A stretch of DNA of 63,701 nucleotides, counting the filler, from Octopus bimaculoides (lineage: Eukaryota): assembly GCF_001194135.2 (NCBI RefSeq). It is 6 parts of 6 records of this genome, joined end to end, with 100 filler letters (N's around TTAATTAATTAA, not from the genome) between each part and the next. Parts side by side here need not be neighbours in the genome. Positions count along the whole stretch, not along the records: positions 27,409 to 55,368 come from NC_068999.1; 5 more parts are not named here. The stretch is one strand, 5' to 3'. The translations under genes and the position numbers were made by a program. Positions 39,901 to 52,200 of this stretch are shown here, piece after piece. Numbering within the stretch: the stretch's first letter is position 1; the number at the start of each line of letters is the position of its first letter. The notes beneath the pieces are model-generated. The model was not told where the DNA came from and did not search any database. It saw only the letters and a program-made list of their open reading frames with translations.

Positions 39901-41304
39901 AAGCGAAAGTGTTTTTTGCCAATCGTGTTCAATTAATAAATTGTAATGTTGATCTCTTCCTTTCTCTCTTACTGTCTATCAGCAGGTGTATATTTCTGCG
40001 AACTTTTACGTCCTTTCTGCGTATATTTACGCCTTACACCATAAAAGTACTGCCAGCAAAGGAGAAAAAAGTTTCAATGTCCCGTCAGCCGTGTGAAATT
40101 GCTAGCGTTCGAACACCGGAACCAGTCGTCTTATTCAATATCTTATACATCATTATTTGTACAGTTCTATATTTATGAGATGCGGAATTATGTAAATTAT
40201 TTGTATTATTTACATTTGACGGATGTTCGTCCCCATCTTGTTAAAACAAACAAGATGAGGACAAATATCCCTCACATGTAAATAATGTAAATAGAATATC
40301 ACTATTTGTAGTTAGTGCCGAATATATCAAGTTACCACTAATGTATCATGATCAAATCGTTAATACATTCTGCCATTGTTTATAATATATTACTCGCGAC
40401 ATCATGTGGTATAAGATTTGAGCGCAATCTCGGTATTACTAGTAAAAAGAAATATATATTGAAGGATACATTATTTATTCTGGTATACACATATTTGGGA
40501 GATCAGACCACGGATAAATTCGGTTTGGCGATAGTCATATTACTAAATAGTACCCATGATTATTTGCTGAGTACGAGAATTAAAACCGGATCTTCGACAA
40601 GTGTTATCACGGTTTTCGTATTGCTTTACACCACTTCAATCATTCTACGAAATGTTATATTAAACAATACTTATTTCAGTACTTTTGTAATGCATATGTA
40701 TATGGCGTAAAGAGAGAAATAAATATGTTTAGCTTATCAACACATCGGAATGTGATAATCAGTGAAACAGTAAATTTCAATGAAAGCATGATTTGTAAAA
40801 AGCACTATCGAAGAAATTCGAGTATTTATCACTTCATATGTATGAGTAAACACAATATCTTCTCGGTTAATGGCAGTTCTAACCCAAGCAGCAGCTGGAA
40901 GTTCTATCACATAATATAGATTCATTGTCAAGTAATCAAAATTTATGGGAGCATTTAAAGCCAACAATACAACAATTTAATCAGATAAACATGTATTTCA
41001 GCTCTCGGGAATGTTCACTATTCATATAACTGGAAGTATATATGTTGCTTACCGTGAAATTCTCAATCATTATTTCTGACTGTGAATTCTCTTATATCGT
41101 ACTAAATTTACATTTACGAGCAAATTACGCTATACATTTAATACATATGTGTTTGCGTGTGTGTATGTGTGTTCACGTGCGTGAGCATTTGTGCATGTGT
41201 GTGTATTTGTGTGAGTGTGTTTGCATACGTATATGCGTGTGTGCCTGTCTATGTATGTAGGTATATGTGTCTATTTGTAAATCTGTGGTGTCTGCGTTTA
41301 CGAT

Positions 41305-41337
<33 letters not shown>

Positions 41338-43489
41338 NNNNNNNNNNNNNNNNNNNNNNNNNNNNNNNNNNNNNNNNNNNNNNNNNNNNNNNNNNNNNNN
41401 NNNNNNNNNNNNNNNNNNNNNNNNNNNNNNNNNNNNNNNNNNNNNNNNNNNNNNNNNNNNNNNNNNNNNNNNNNNNNNNNNNNNNNNNNNNNNNNNNNNN
41501 NNNNNNNNNNNNNNNNNNNNNNNNNNNNNNNNNNNNNNNNNNNNNNNNNNNNNNNNNNNNNNNNNNNNNNNNNNNNNNNNNNNNNNNNNNNNNNNNNNNN
41601 NNNNNNNNNNNNNNNNNNNNNNNNNNNNNNNNNNNNNNNNNNNNNNNNNNNNNNNNNNNNNNNNNNNNNNNNNNNNNNNNNNNNNNNNNNNNNNNNNNNN
41701 NNNNNNNNNNNNNNNNNNNNNNNNNNNNNNNNNNNNNNNNNNNNTATATATATATATATATGCGGACATGTAAAATCCACATATCTATATGCGAATATAT
41801 ATATTAGTATGTATATGTGCATCTACACATTTTCCTGTCAACACGTTTTCCACAATAACTGATTCCTCCTTGCAGTCAAATACATGTAGCAGATTTGGGA
41901 AGATATCTCCAAAGGTCGTTCAGATGACTACCTTGCCATCGTTTTCTTGATTTTTTAGTGCCTCATGTAGCATGACATTTAGTCCCGGGCTAAGAACAAA
42001 ATGGTTAACTTCTGAGTTTTCAGTTTAACATCAAATACTCTTATTTCCTTCTTTCTTTACTCAGTTTACCTCATCCATACATTGTTGCGCTTAATATTCT
42101 TTTGCAGTTGTTCATTCTGTAACATTTAGCCACCCCATGTGAGGAAATCTACTGCTTTTATTTAATGTAGAATTAGGTGTCATGGCTCATGTATATTCAA
42201 TATAATATCTGCACCTGCTTTTAATGCAATAATTATGATCTTTACACCTACTTGCACAATACATTTTATAGTATCCACAATTCAGTGGATACGCCGAAAC
42301 AAGTGGTGGACGAAATAAGACGTAATCAGACATGCACATGTTAAACTCGAAGAAGTCTAACTTAGAATAGTCCTACTTAGGAACATCGTCCATAAGACTG
42401 CTCGTTAAGGCGTACTACTCTCTACTTTGAAGTATTGCATTATGGACCTAATACGACCAGACAACTTAAATAGAGTAAGGCTGGGAAAAAAGCGGGTGCC
42501 CTGCAGTGTCAGGATTTCGCTATTACACGTCCCCATTTTATGTGTATTTTATGACAAAATGGACCCTAATAAGTCACATTTGGACTCACACAATGTGAAG
42601 TTGATAAGCTAGTAATCTTCAGAAACATGAGGGATGAACTTAATTATCGAGGATGGACAATAAAGAATATCTTACAGGGTTATAGACTATTTACTAACAA
42701 TCTAATTAACATTTGGACTAGTATTAATGTTGCATCCCTTTTCACACATCACAGTTCCTGAATAACCACTTCAATCAACGGTATTTATAAAATTCTGAAG
42801 TTTTTGAGTATTAACTGAACTGACCCCCATATCATCTCGAACAAAATGTTTTTTCAACGGTAAGAACTCGACATTAATATTCTATAAAAGTAATGTATTT
42901 CAACGGAAAGAATCAGATAGAATATTATCCACTTGCCTGATTCTTAACGTTGAAAGATTTTTCTTTTATCTCTTGATAATAAAATAAGCTGCTACTGTGT
43001 AATTTGTTCAAGAAGGGGAATTAACAAACTATACATCTACGTAATACTGTTGAAACAGCTCGAATCTAAAAAAGTAATTAAAATAAAAAGGGGTGAAACA
43101 TATTACGAGGAAAATGCCGAAGGGGTCTATAAGAGACTTGTGACCATTATCAAAGTATGTGCGCTACAGACAGAAATTTTACAAGCTATCACGACCTACT
43201 AGACAGAGTAACTAAACTCCATTTAAAACACACCTTATCATTTTGAAAATTGATGACTTCTGCAGTATCAGAATGCAAACTCATCAGAAACTCGGATATG
43301 TAGGCTTCTGAAATTCTCTGTGGCTTTCTGCTCTGAGTTTTGATGGTCGAGTAATCGAATCACTAGTCTGGAAACTATTATTCTCTCCCCTTTTCTCTCA
43401 TTCTTTGTCCCCACTCTTTACTTTCTCGGTGTCTCTCTCTGTCTCTCTGTCCATTTCTCTCATCTCTCTCTTTCTTCATATACAAATAT

Positions 43490-43632
43490 AGGTGCAGGAA
43501 TGGCTATGTAGTGAGTAGCTTTCTCACCAACCACATGGTTCCGGGTTTAGTCCCACTGCGTGACGCCTTGACAAGATGTCCTCTACTATAACCTCAGGCC
43601 GACCAAAGCTTTGTGAGTGGATTTGGTAGACA
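43490..43632 (+). mobile_element. OK-like SINE head followed by microsatellite and gap
   Basis: AGGTGCAGGAATGGC...CCAACCACATGGTTCCGGGTTTAGTCCCACTGCGTG...GGCCGACCAAAGCTTTGTGAGTGGATTTGGTAGAC. Confidence 0.85.
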
Positions 43633-43775
43633 CATACACTTACACACACACACACANNNNNNNNNNNNNNNNNNNNNNNNNNNNNNNNNNNNNNNNNNNN
43701 NNNNNNNNNNNNNNNNNNNNNNNNNNNNNNNNNNNNNNNNNNNNNNNNNNNNNNNNNNNNNNNNNNNNNNNNNNN

Positions 43776-43831
<56 letters not shown>

Positions 43832-44334
43832 GTATGTAAGTGTGTGTGTATGTGTGTCTATATATACCTCTTTTCCTCCATCTTTCGTTTAGAATACATC
43901 CGTAATTAGAATGCAGAGCCATATCATTTTCTCTAATATTGACTCTGCCTGAATATTGCTAGTTCATCGACTGTACATTGTCAAGACAAAGAAGTCACTA
44001 CAGCTCTATATTGTTTCTTCTTTTATATCCGTCAAATTGTTATAATGAACGCTGTTTTTCTTTTACTCTTTATTTTAAATTTATTTATATTTAAATTGCC
44101 GGCGAAATAATAGATATTTACATTTGAAATAGTTTTTAAATATGTATTATGGATATATGTGTATTGTGTTTTCCAATGTATATTTATAAAACTGTATTCT
44201 GTACTCCATTTTCATATTTCCACCTCTTTTAAAATAGGATGTAGGATTTGAAGAATAATTGACTGATATTTCACTCTAGCAGCTCGATCGAAGATGTAGT
44301 GTCTCTGTCTTGTTTTTTGCTTTTCCTCCGGCAT

Positions 44335-44712
44335 TTCATCCATTTAAGTTGTGTCGCTACATGAACAGGTTAGAAACAAAATCACATCCGATGTGTTTTG
44401 AGTACAATAGTTTATTTAAAATGCTGTTTCATTCCATTACAATGTATTAAAGACGCTCCGGGTAATTACACTTAAATGCTAATTGATTGTTGTAATTTCA
44501 GAGATTATGGTTGTTTATATTGATCATATGTTTTTGTTTTCATTTAAACCTGTGGAAGGGCTGAAGAAAAAAATACATCGTTCCGAAATAAATAAATAAA
44601 TAAATAAATATTTTAACCAACAATTATGTTTTCCCGTGCAAATATGTTCTTATTGGATTATATTTTATATTAAGGTTCTGTTACTTGTCATTGATAATTT
44701 TAGAGTTGATAC
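44335..44712. repeat. Local diverged duplication, copy 1 (copy 2 at ~47615-47993)
   Basis: Shared blocks ACAATAGTTTATTTAAAATG, CATTCCATTACAAT, GCTCCGGG, TTACACTTAAAT, ATTGTTGTAATTTCAGAGATT, AAAATACATC, TATTTTAA, ATTGGATTAT, TAGAGTTGATAC. Confidence 0.85.
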
Positions 44713-44869
44713 GAATTGTATTGCATTTCTCGTGTTAATTTCTGTGTGTGTGGCGAATTTGTTGAATATTTACAGCTCATAAGTGTATGCAGAAAAAGGA
44801 GATTGATGAAATATGGTTCCAGTTATATGAGTGCTCATTCCCGTCTAGGTAGTACAGGGTAAATAATCC

Positions 44870-45125
44870 CCCTGTTTATGAATGACCATGGGATTGCACC
44901 TACAAAGTTCCTCTCCTAGGCACAAGTCCGGGTAAGATTCTTTACGGAAGACCAATAGTCGCCCATGTATACCAGACTCCCTTATCCATGCATAAGTTAT
45001 CGAAGGGAAAGACAATGGCCGATATAGCTTCGCACCAGTGACGTTGCAACTCATTTTTATAGCTGTGTGAACTGGAGCAACGTGACATGAAGTCTCTTGC
45101 TCAAGAACACAAATCACAAACCGGT
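44870..45125 (-). mobile_element. tRNA-derived SINE (same family as 59757-60080)
   Basis: GACCATGGGATTGCACCTA...GGCACAAGTCCGGG...GCACCAGTGACG...GAACTGGAGCAACG...TCTTGCTCAAGAACAC. Confidence 0.85.
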
Positions 45126-45617
45126 CAGAAGTAACAAACACTACTTAATTCTGTTTAGAACATCTGCTTAGACCGAAAAGATGTTATTCACAGTATTCAT
45201 CATTACCGTGGTTGATTTGGCTTTATTTATCCCCAAATCAGTTTGATCGGGCAGTCTAGCAAGAATGTAACACACGTGATCATCCCCTTACAGCGTCAGA
45301 TTTTGCATAATTGGATATTGCTATCCATTGTGCCCTGAAATTTTAGATAGCCAAATGTCTATTGTAACTTAAATTATATTTTTGTCATGTTAAGTAAACA
45401 ACACTCACTATCCGAAAAGAAGTGCTCAATATCATCGTTTACATAGAACTAGTTAGGAAAGATATGAATTGAAGGAAATTTAACTGCTCTCTATCATAGA
45501 GAGCCATCGCTTAGAAAGCGTTCTGTGAGAATAATGTTTTTGAATTAGGGACCAGATTTTTAATGCGATATAACCATCTCCTCAAAAAGGATATGCGTGT
45601 CTTATGCGTCCCCGGAA

Positions 45618-45618
45618 T

Positions 45619-45649
<31 letters not shown>

Positions 45650-45657
45650 AATAAATA

Positions 45658-45697
<40 letters not shown>

Positions 45698-45725
45698 ACG
45701 AAAGAAAGAAAGAAATAACGAAAGA
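45618..45725. repeat. (GAAA)n microsatellite
   Basis: Direct inspection. Confidence 0.95.
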
Positions 45726-45949
45726 AAAACATTCTAGTGTACTTCAATGTTTAACTAATGAAAAATAACTTTTACCTAGTTATAATATTTGTCTTCGCTG
45801 AAGGAAACGGATATTTTAAAATAGTGAAATGGATTTAAATATCATTAAAGTAAGTTATTGTTTGATTTGATCCCCGAGTTTGCAATCACCACAGACGCAT
45901 TACAATTTAAAAATACTGATGCACTCTACAATGTGACCAAAAATAACGA

Positions 45950-46552
45950 CGATAGGCGGAAGTATGGATAGTGAAGAAGCTTCTTTGCAACCTTATGGTA
46001 CGCCTCCAGTTCCACTGAACAGAACGTTGAACAAATAGACAACTATCTTCAGTTCTAGCCTAGAGACGACCAAAGCTACATGGTCTAAGACGAATGAATC
46101 TGGGTGGCAGTATGTGCATATATATATATATATATATATATANNNNNNNNNNNNNNNNNNNNNNNNNNNNNNNNNNNNNNNNNNNNNNNNNNNNNNNNNN
46201 NNNNNNNNNNNNNNNNNNNNNNNNNNNNNNNNNNNNNNNNNNNNNNNNNNNNNNNNNNNNNNNNNNNNNNNNNNNNNNNNNNNNNNNNNNNNNNNNNNNN
46301 NNNNNNNNNNNNNNNNNNNNNNNNNNNNNNNNNNNNNNNNNNNNNNNNNNNNNNNNNNNNNNNNNNNNNNNNNNNNNNNNNNNNNNNNNNNNNNNNNNNN
46401 NNNNNNNNNNNNNNNNNNNNNNNNNNNNNNNNNNNNNNNNNNNNNNNNNNNNNNNNNNNNNNNNNNNNNNNNNNNNNNNNNNNNNNNNNNNNNNNNNNNN
46501 NNNNNNNNNNNNNNNNNNNNNNNNNNNNNNNNNNNNNNNNNNNNNNNNNNNN

Positions 46553-46623
<71 letters not shown>

Positions 46624-46920
46624 TTGTGTGTTATATGTATGTGTGTGCGTGTGTTATATGTCTGTGTGTATGTGTGTTGCTCTGTCTATCAGTCTACTTG
46701 TGTCCCTGTGTCACTTTCTCTCCCCTATACCAATTAACTACAGATGTTTATTTGTTTCTTTACGTCCCCTCAGACAAGTGGTTCGGGATAGGGCACAGAC
46801 AGAACAATTAGGATGCATAAAACTAAGATTTGGACTCGATTAGTTAATCTGAACCCGTGAAGGCAGTACATCGGTATCCAATGAGTGAAACCGCAATCCA
46901 ATGACTAAAAGAATGAACCG
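45950..46920 (+). mobile_element. Very degenerate SINE head + microsatellite/gap + tail module (composite element)
   Basis: Head: AAGAAGCTT...CAACC..ATGGT...GACCAAAGC. Tail: GTTT...TACGTCCCC...GTGGTTCGG...ACAGA.AGAA...AAT.CAATGACTAAAAGA. Confidence 0.5.
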
Positions 46921-47128
46921 GTAAAACTAGAAAAATAATCGGATTTCAGTATCTAAGTACCAAGTGAGTAGCATTGAATAATCACAACGGAAAAACACTT
47001 CTGCAAATAAGCGATACTCTTTTTAGGGAGGTAGTGAGGCCCGTATTGTCTAATAAATGAGATGTACATGTACTACTTATTATCTCGTGCGGCTATATAA
47101 CAAATTCCACAAAATATATATATATATA

Positions 47129-47178
<50 letters not shown>

Positions 47179-47614
47179 TAGAGAGAGAGAGAGCGAGAGA
47201 AAGAGAGAGAAAGAAAGTGGTAAATGCTCTGGAGATGACTGTTAGTCCTGTTTTTTTAATCAAATCTGAAAAGATTTGTTCTTACTGTTGTTTATTCTCC
47301 GAGGAAAAAAAAAATACAATTTGAAAGGAAAGTGCTTCTATGGTATACTTCGTCCGCAAAGTACAAAAGACATGTCAAGATTCCACCAAATCATACCCCT
47401 TGCCACCTTGAAATAATAAAGAGACTTTCGGCAATACGTTGCTTGATACAAGATATCTTTATAGTTTTTTTCATATTGTATTGAATTTTCAATAGTGCAT
47501 TTACCACATTTAATGATACAGGGTATTATTTCAAGGTACATTCACTGCTAATGATACCTGGCAGGCCGAACAACTACGTTTTATTTTTGTGTTATGCATT
47601 ATTTTCCATTAGAG

Positions 47615-47993
47615 ATTCATCCTTTTAATTTGTACCTTTACAACAACGCACTGATAAACAAAAGAAAATCAAATATATTTTATGCACAATAGTTTATTTA
47701 AAATGTTATTCCATTCCATTACAATATATTTAAGATGCTCCGGGGAGTTACACTTAAATACCAATTAATTGTTGTAATTTCAGAGATTTGGCTATTTATT
47801 TATTTATATTCATCGTAGTTTTTTTTCTTTTCTTTGAATTTCGTGCCATTGCAGAATTAAAAATACATCTTTCTCCATTGAAACTTGTGATATTTTAAAT
47901 AACAATTACGTTTTACCGCGGAAGAATGTTGCCATTGGATTATCTTTATACTGAAATCTGGATACCTGTTATTAAGTACTCTAGAGTTGATAC
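47615..47993. repeat. Local diverged duplication, copy 2
   Basis: Same blocks as copy 1, in the same order and orientation. Confidence 0.85.
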
Positions 47994-49019
47994 ACGCTGC
48001 ATTTACTTTCCAAACATCACCTGTTTGTAGCTAATTAGAAAGAGCTTATACCTCTTTAGATATCCATGAGTTAGTGTTCTACTTCAATTAAAGATGAGGG
48101 ATCTTTTTCTAGCAGTTCGGAGTCGTCTCATTTTTTCATTTTTTTATCTCATTTGAAACCCTGATTTGAAAATCTCTAAATATTACGCTGCATTAGACAA
48201 TATATATACGATACTAAATAGTTAGTTCTCTGGATCTAGTTAATTCTACTGATTATGATATTTGTTTATACATAAGCGGGCACGGTACTTGAAGGTTGAA
48301 TATACTGGAGAGTGTGATGTCATTTGAAATGTTTATGGACACAATTTCCTGACTCTGAATATCCATGGTCGGATCGACCTAAACATTGTTATGTAACGTA
48401 TAATTAACTAGTATAATATCACTGAACCAGTCAGCTTTCAGATTAGGTTACCTCTCTACTTAGAGATGGGAAAATTAAGGTAAACAGGACGATTAAGTCT
48501 TTAGTTCTTGCGTACGAACAGGCAATTATTCTATCAACTAAAAAAGCGACTTCCCTTCAGTGAAAACAGAATACGACAGCTTCACTCTATATACATATAT
48601 GTCTTCCAAATATTTCGTTCTTTAACTTTAAATGACAGAAATACAAACTAGAAGCATCTATATCTCTGTGCTATGATATCCCGGTAGCATTATATTGCTA
48701 TGATAAACCAAAATCATTATATACGATAACGAATATTTCCGATAGAGAAAGCTATAATTGTAATTTTGAAGTTGCAGGAAATTTAAAGAAGTAGCGGATA
48801 AATGCAAACAACCAAAATATCTGTAATTAAAACAATTAATTAGTATTTAAGTGTAAATCCCCGGAGCGCTTTTAATATGTTGTATTGGAACGGAATAACA
48901 TCTTAAATAAAATATCGTGCGCAAAGCATGCCGGATTTCGTCTTGTTTTTCATCTGTTGACGTAATGATACGAAATAACTGGATGGAATCCCGACGGCTA
49001 AATAATAACAGCAACAACA

Positions 49020-49026
49020 ACAAGAA

Positions 49027-49105
<79 letters not shown>

Positions 49106-49132
49106 GCCAATAATAATAACAATAATAATAAT

Positions 49133-49174
<42 letters not shown>

Positions 49175-49175
49175 T
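49020..49175. repeat. (ACT)n(AAT)n trinucleotide array
   Basis: Direct inspection. Confidence 0.95.
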
Positions 49176-49286
49176 AATAAATCAATAAATTTAACTATCT
49201 TGTTTCTACATGAGTGATTGTACTACATTGTATTCCATACATGGTGGTTGTCTAATTCTTATGCAGAGTTTGACCACATCCTGTAC

Positions 49287-49740
49287 CTATACCTTAGAAC
49301 CCTCATAGCATCTGATGTGCCGTTTTAAACTAGACAATGTTTTGAAAAGACTCCCACATAGATTGCATATTCGATTTAGACCACCAAGAGCTGCAGACAA
49401 GTTCTGAATTTTCTGGATCTTAAAATGTATTTTGAGACATCCGTTAGATTTGCAAATCTTCTGGCATACATTGCATTGAAAGGTGTGCACAGACTTATAG
49501 GCAGAATATTTAGTGGAGGCTCGTTTTCCATGGGTTCGCAAATGATATTTGAGTCCAGCAAAACAAAAAGCATGACCTGTCACAAATTGTCCATACAAAA
49601 AGGTCATTGTGATTCAACTTCGCGACGGTAGCATCTTTGTTAAATCTCTCTTGAGCCTTGCATGCGTTATCCTGGCCACCCCAAACGCTTTCAATCCACT
49701 CCACACTTTTGTTCGTCATCCAGTTTGATTCGACGCAAGG
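49287..49740 (-). mobile_element. RTE-like LINE ORF C-terminus with three C2H2 zinc-finger remnants
   Basis: (ICDRSCF)..AGLKYHLRTH; FQCNVCQKICKSNGCLKIHFKI; ICNLCGSLFKTLSSLKRHIR. Upstream remnants NKS.W....W.GQ resemble the RTE C-terminal helix region; frameshifted. Confidence 0.7.
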
Positions 49741-49934
49741 GTTTCTATGTCCTCTGGATCCAGTCTAAGTGACTTTGTAGTACTCCTTATGTCGTTCTGA
49801 AACTTTCTTTTTTTGTTCACACCAATAGAGTTTCCGCTCTGCAAGCTCAGCATAATAATTTTTTAAAGAATACTCATTTAGTTTTAGAGAACTAATCCAT
49901 GAAAAACCACAGTAACATATAGAAAAATTAATAT

Positions 49935-49979
<45 letters not shown>

Positions 49980-50005
49980 CATATACTGAAATTGTATGTA
50001 TCAAG

Positions 50006-50288
50006 TGAAGGCACGTGTTGTAGAGGTTAGGCTGTTCGGCTCATGATCATGAGGTCGTGAGCTCTCTTGTCGGCGGCTCGTTGTATACTTCAGCAAGACA
50101 TTTTATTTCACGTTCTTCCGAGACATTCCGTTTGCGAAAACGAGTTCTACCTGTATTTCAAAGGGCCGGCTTTGTCACATTCTGTGTCACGCTAATATCC
50201 CTGAGATCAAGGTTAAGGGTATGAGAAGGCTGTCCCGTTCAACTAATGAACAGGAACACTCGTCTTCGTAACCGACGGAGTGCCAGAT
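50006..50288 (+). mobile_element. tRNA-derived SINE with a different 3' tail
   Basis: GTAGAGGTTAGG..GTTCGGCTCATGATC..GAGGTCGTGAG head; AGCAAGACATTTTATTTCACG body shared with the 59757 family. Confidence 0.7.
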
Positions 50289-51699
50289 ATTAGCCCAGGT
50301 ATCTTTACAGACTATATTTGCTTCACGTCAACTGAAATTCGGAGGATCGCTCATTCCTCGAGATGACCGTGCATGCGCATGCGGTGTCAGTCACAATTAC
50401 TATAAGTTACTTGTTTGCTTACCTCCTACGAAGCTAAAATAATTTCAGTGCAGCAGCTATTAACATTGTAAATACATTAAGTATATACAAAGAGGAAGAA
50501 CTCTTTAACAAGTACACATTTCATAGCTATTGTTCTGATATTCTGCTTCTCTTTGAATGACATGCCGGTAGAATGCATAATATAATATAACTCCCTTTAA
50601 TGCTCCTAATATAATTTTATCCTATAGGCATGGCATATTCAAAATAAAAAAAAAATTATCAATTAAGGTACAAGAACACATCAAAGAAGCTGAAGAAAAA
50701 AATTAAGGTAAACCATGTTGATATACTCAATTACGTAAGCAGGGAATTCTTAATGAATTTACATGAATTTTTCAGTTGGTGGACTGCAACAAAATCTAGT
50801 GAATGTCCGGTAGAGAAAAGAGTTAGTATTTTTAAGTAATTCAAAAGAAATTATGTTTCAAACGTAACAGAAAATCGTACGTTTTTGGAGAAATGTTTGA
50901 AATATCGNNNNNNNNNNNNNNNNNNNNNNNNNNNNNNNNNNNNNNNNNNNNNNNNNNNNNNNNNNNNNNNNNNNNNNNNNNNNNNNNNNNNNNNNNNNNN
51001 NNNNNNNNNNNNNNNNNNNNNNNNNNNNNNNNNNNNNNNNNNNNNNNNNNNNNNNNNNNNNNNNNNNNNNNNNNNNNNNNNNNNNNNNNNNNNNNNNNNN
51101 NNNNNNNNNNNNNNNNNNNNNNNNNNNNNNNNNNNNNNNNNNNNNNNNNNNNNNNNNNNNNNNNNNNNNNNNNNNNNNNNNNNNNNNNNNNNNATATATA
51201 TATCTCCATCACCATTTACACATTTTAATATCTCTCTTCATGTATATATATATATGCATATCTGTATTTTAAACACCCTCAACTTCCCTCTCCACAAAAT
51301 CATTACATCTTGACACTCAAACCTGTCAACTACTCAAATGTAAAATTCTCCATTCTAATATTCTCGTCTGAAGAAGGAGACGGTGTTATCCGGTAATGGA
51401 TCCAAGTAACTCTCATTATTCCGGACCACCAAGCCCACAGAAACAACTGTTGGGCTCGTATAATTCTATCCATTTAACTTCTAATTTCATTTATTATCCG
51501 TAAGTAGGACTATCTTATACAGTACACGTGTACATTGTTTCTATGAAATATATTTAATATTCTGTGTAAATTGACATGCCTAACTTGCTTGTTATTGCAT
51601 TTAGTCATCTACTGGCTCAAGTTCAAATCTCTTCAACACTTCCACATTTATTCGATATAGGGAACACCTGATGATGAAATCTAACAAGCCCATAAATTC

Positions 51700-52200
51700 A
51701 ATGACTAGGAACGTAGACAACCGAGACGAACAAATTTATCGAACTGAACGTCTCCACCTACAATCCCAAACACACTGCGGCTAAAAAGATCACGTTCCAT
51801 AACATACAGTTAGTGAAAAAGACATAAGGATGAGCCAACACCTCGAAGCACACCTAAAATAAAGGACAACATAAATCAATGAGAAAATACTAAGAAAGGC
51901 CAACCTACATACAATAATAACAAAACAAACATTAAAACATCCGGTGGACCTAATTGTGGTGTTCGTTTTAAATCAGACAAAACAATCCTAAATGCGTTTC
52001 AAACAAAGACAACTCGTTAGAATGAAAACATATATAACTTGATCTGTGCAACTAAAAATCCAAACTGTGTAATAATATGCTCAGGATCTGAGGAACATTA
52101 CATTTGACAAACAAAAACGAATAACCCTACATAGTTATGAAATTAGGATATGAGAATATAGACAAATAAGACAAATGTGCAGGTAACAAACAACATAACC
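51700..52200 (+). mobile_element. Decayed PLE GIY-YIG remnant (related to 32200-32700)
   Basis: GPNCGV...NLICATKN..VIICSGSEEHYI*QTK. Confidence 0.6.

Noticed and set aside
40348-40710. 120-aa hydrophobic ORF with a possible signal peptide
   Set aside because: No recognisable motif; composition simply reflects AT-rich DNA. A BLAST or RNA-seq hit would be needed.
51365-51425. CTGAAGA-AGGAGAC hammerhead-like 5' core
   Set aside because: No matching GAAAC after the stem; too decayed.
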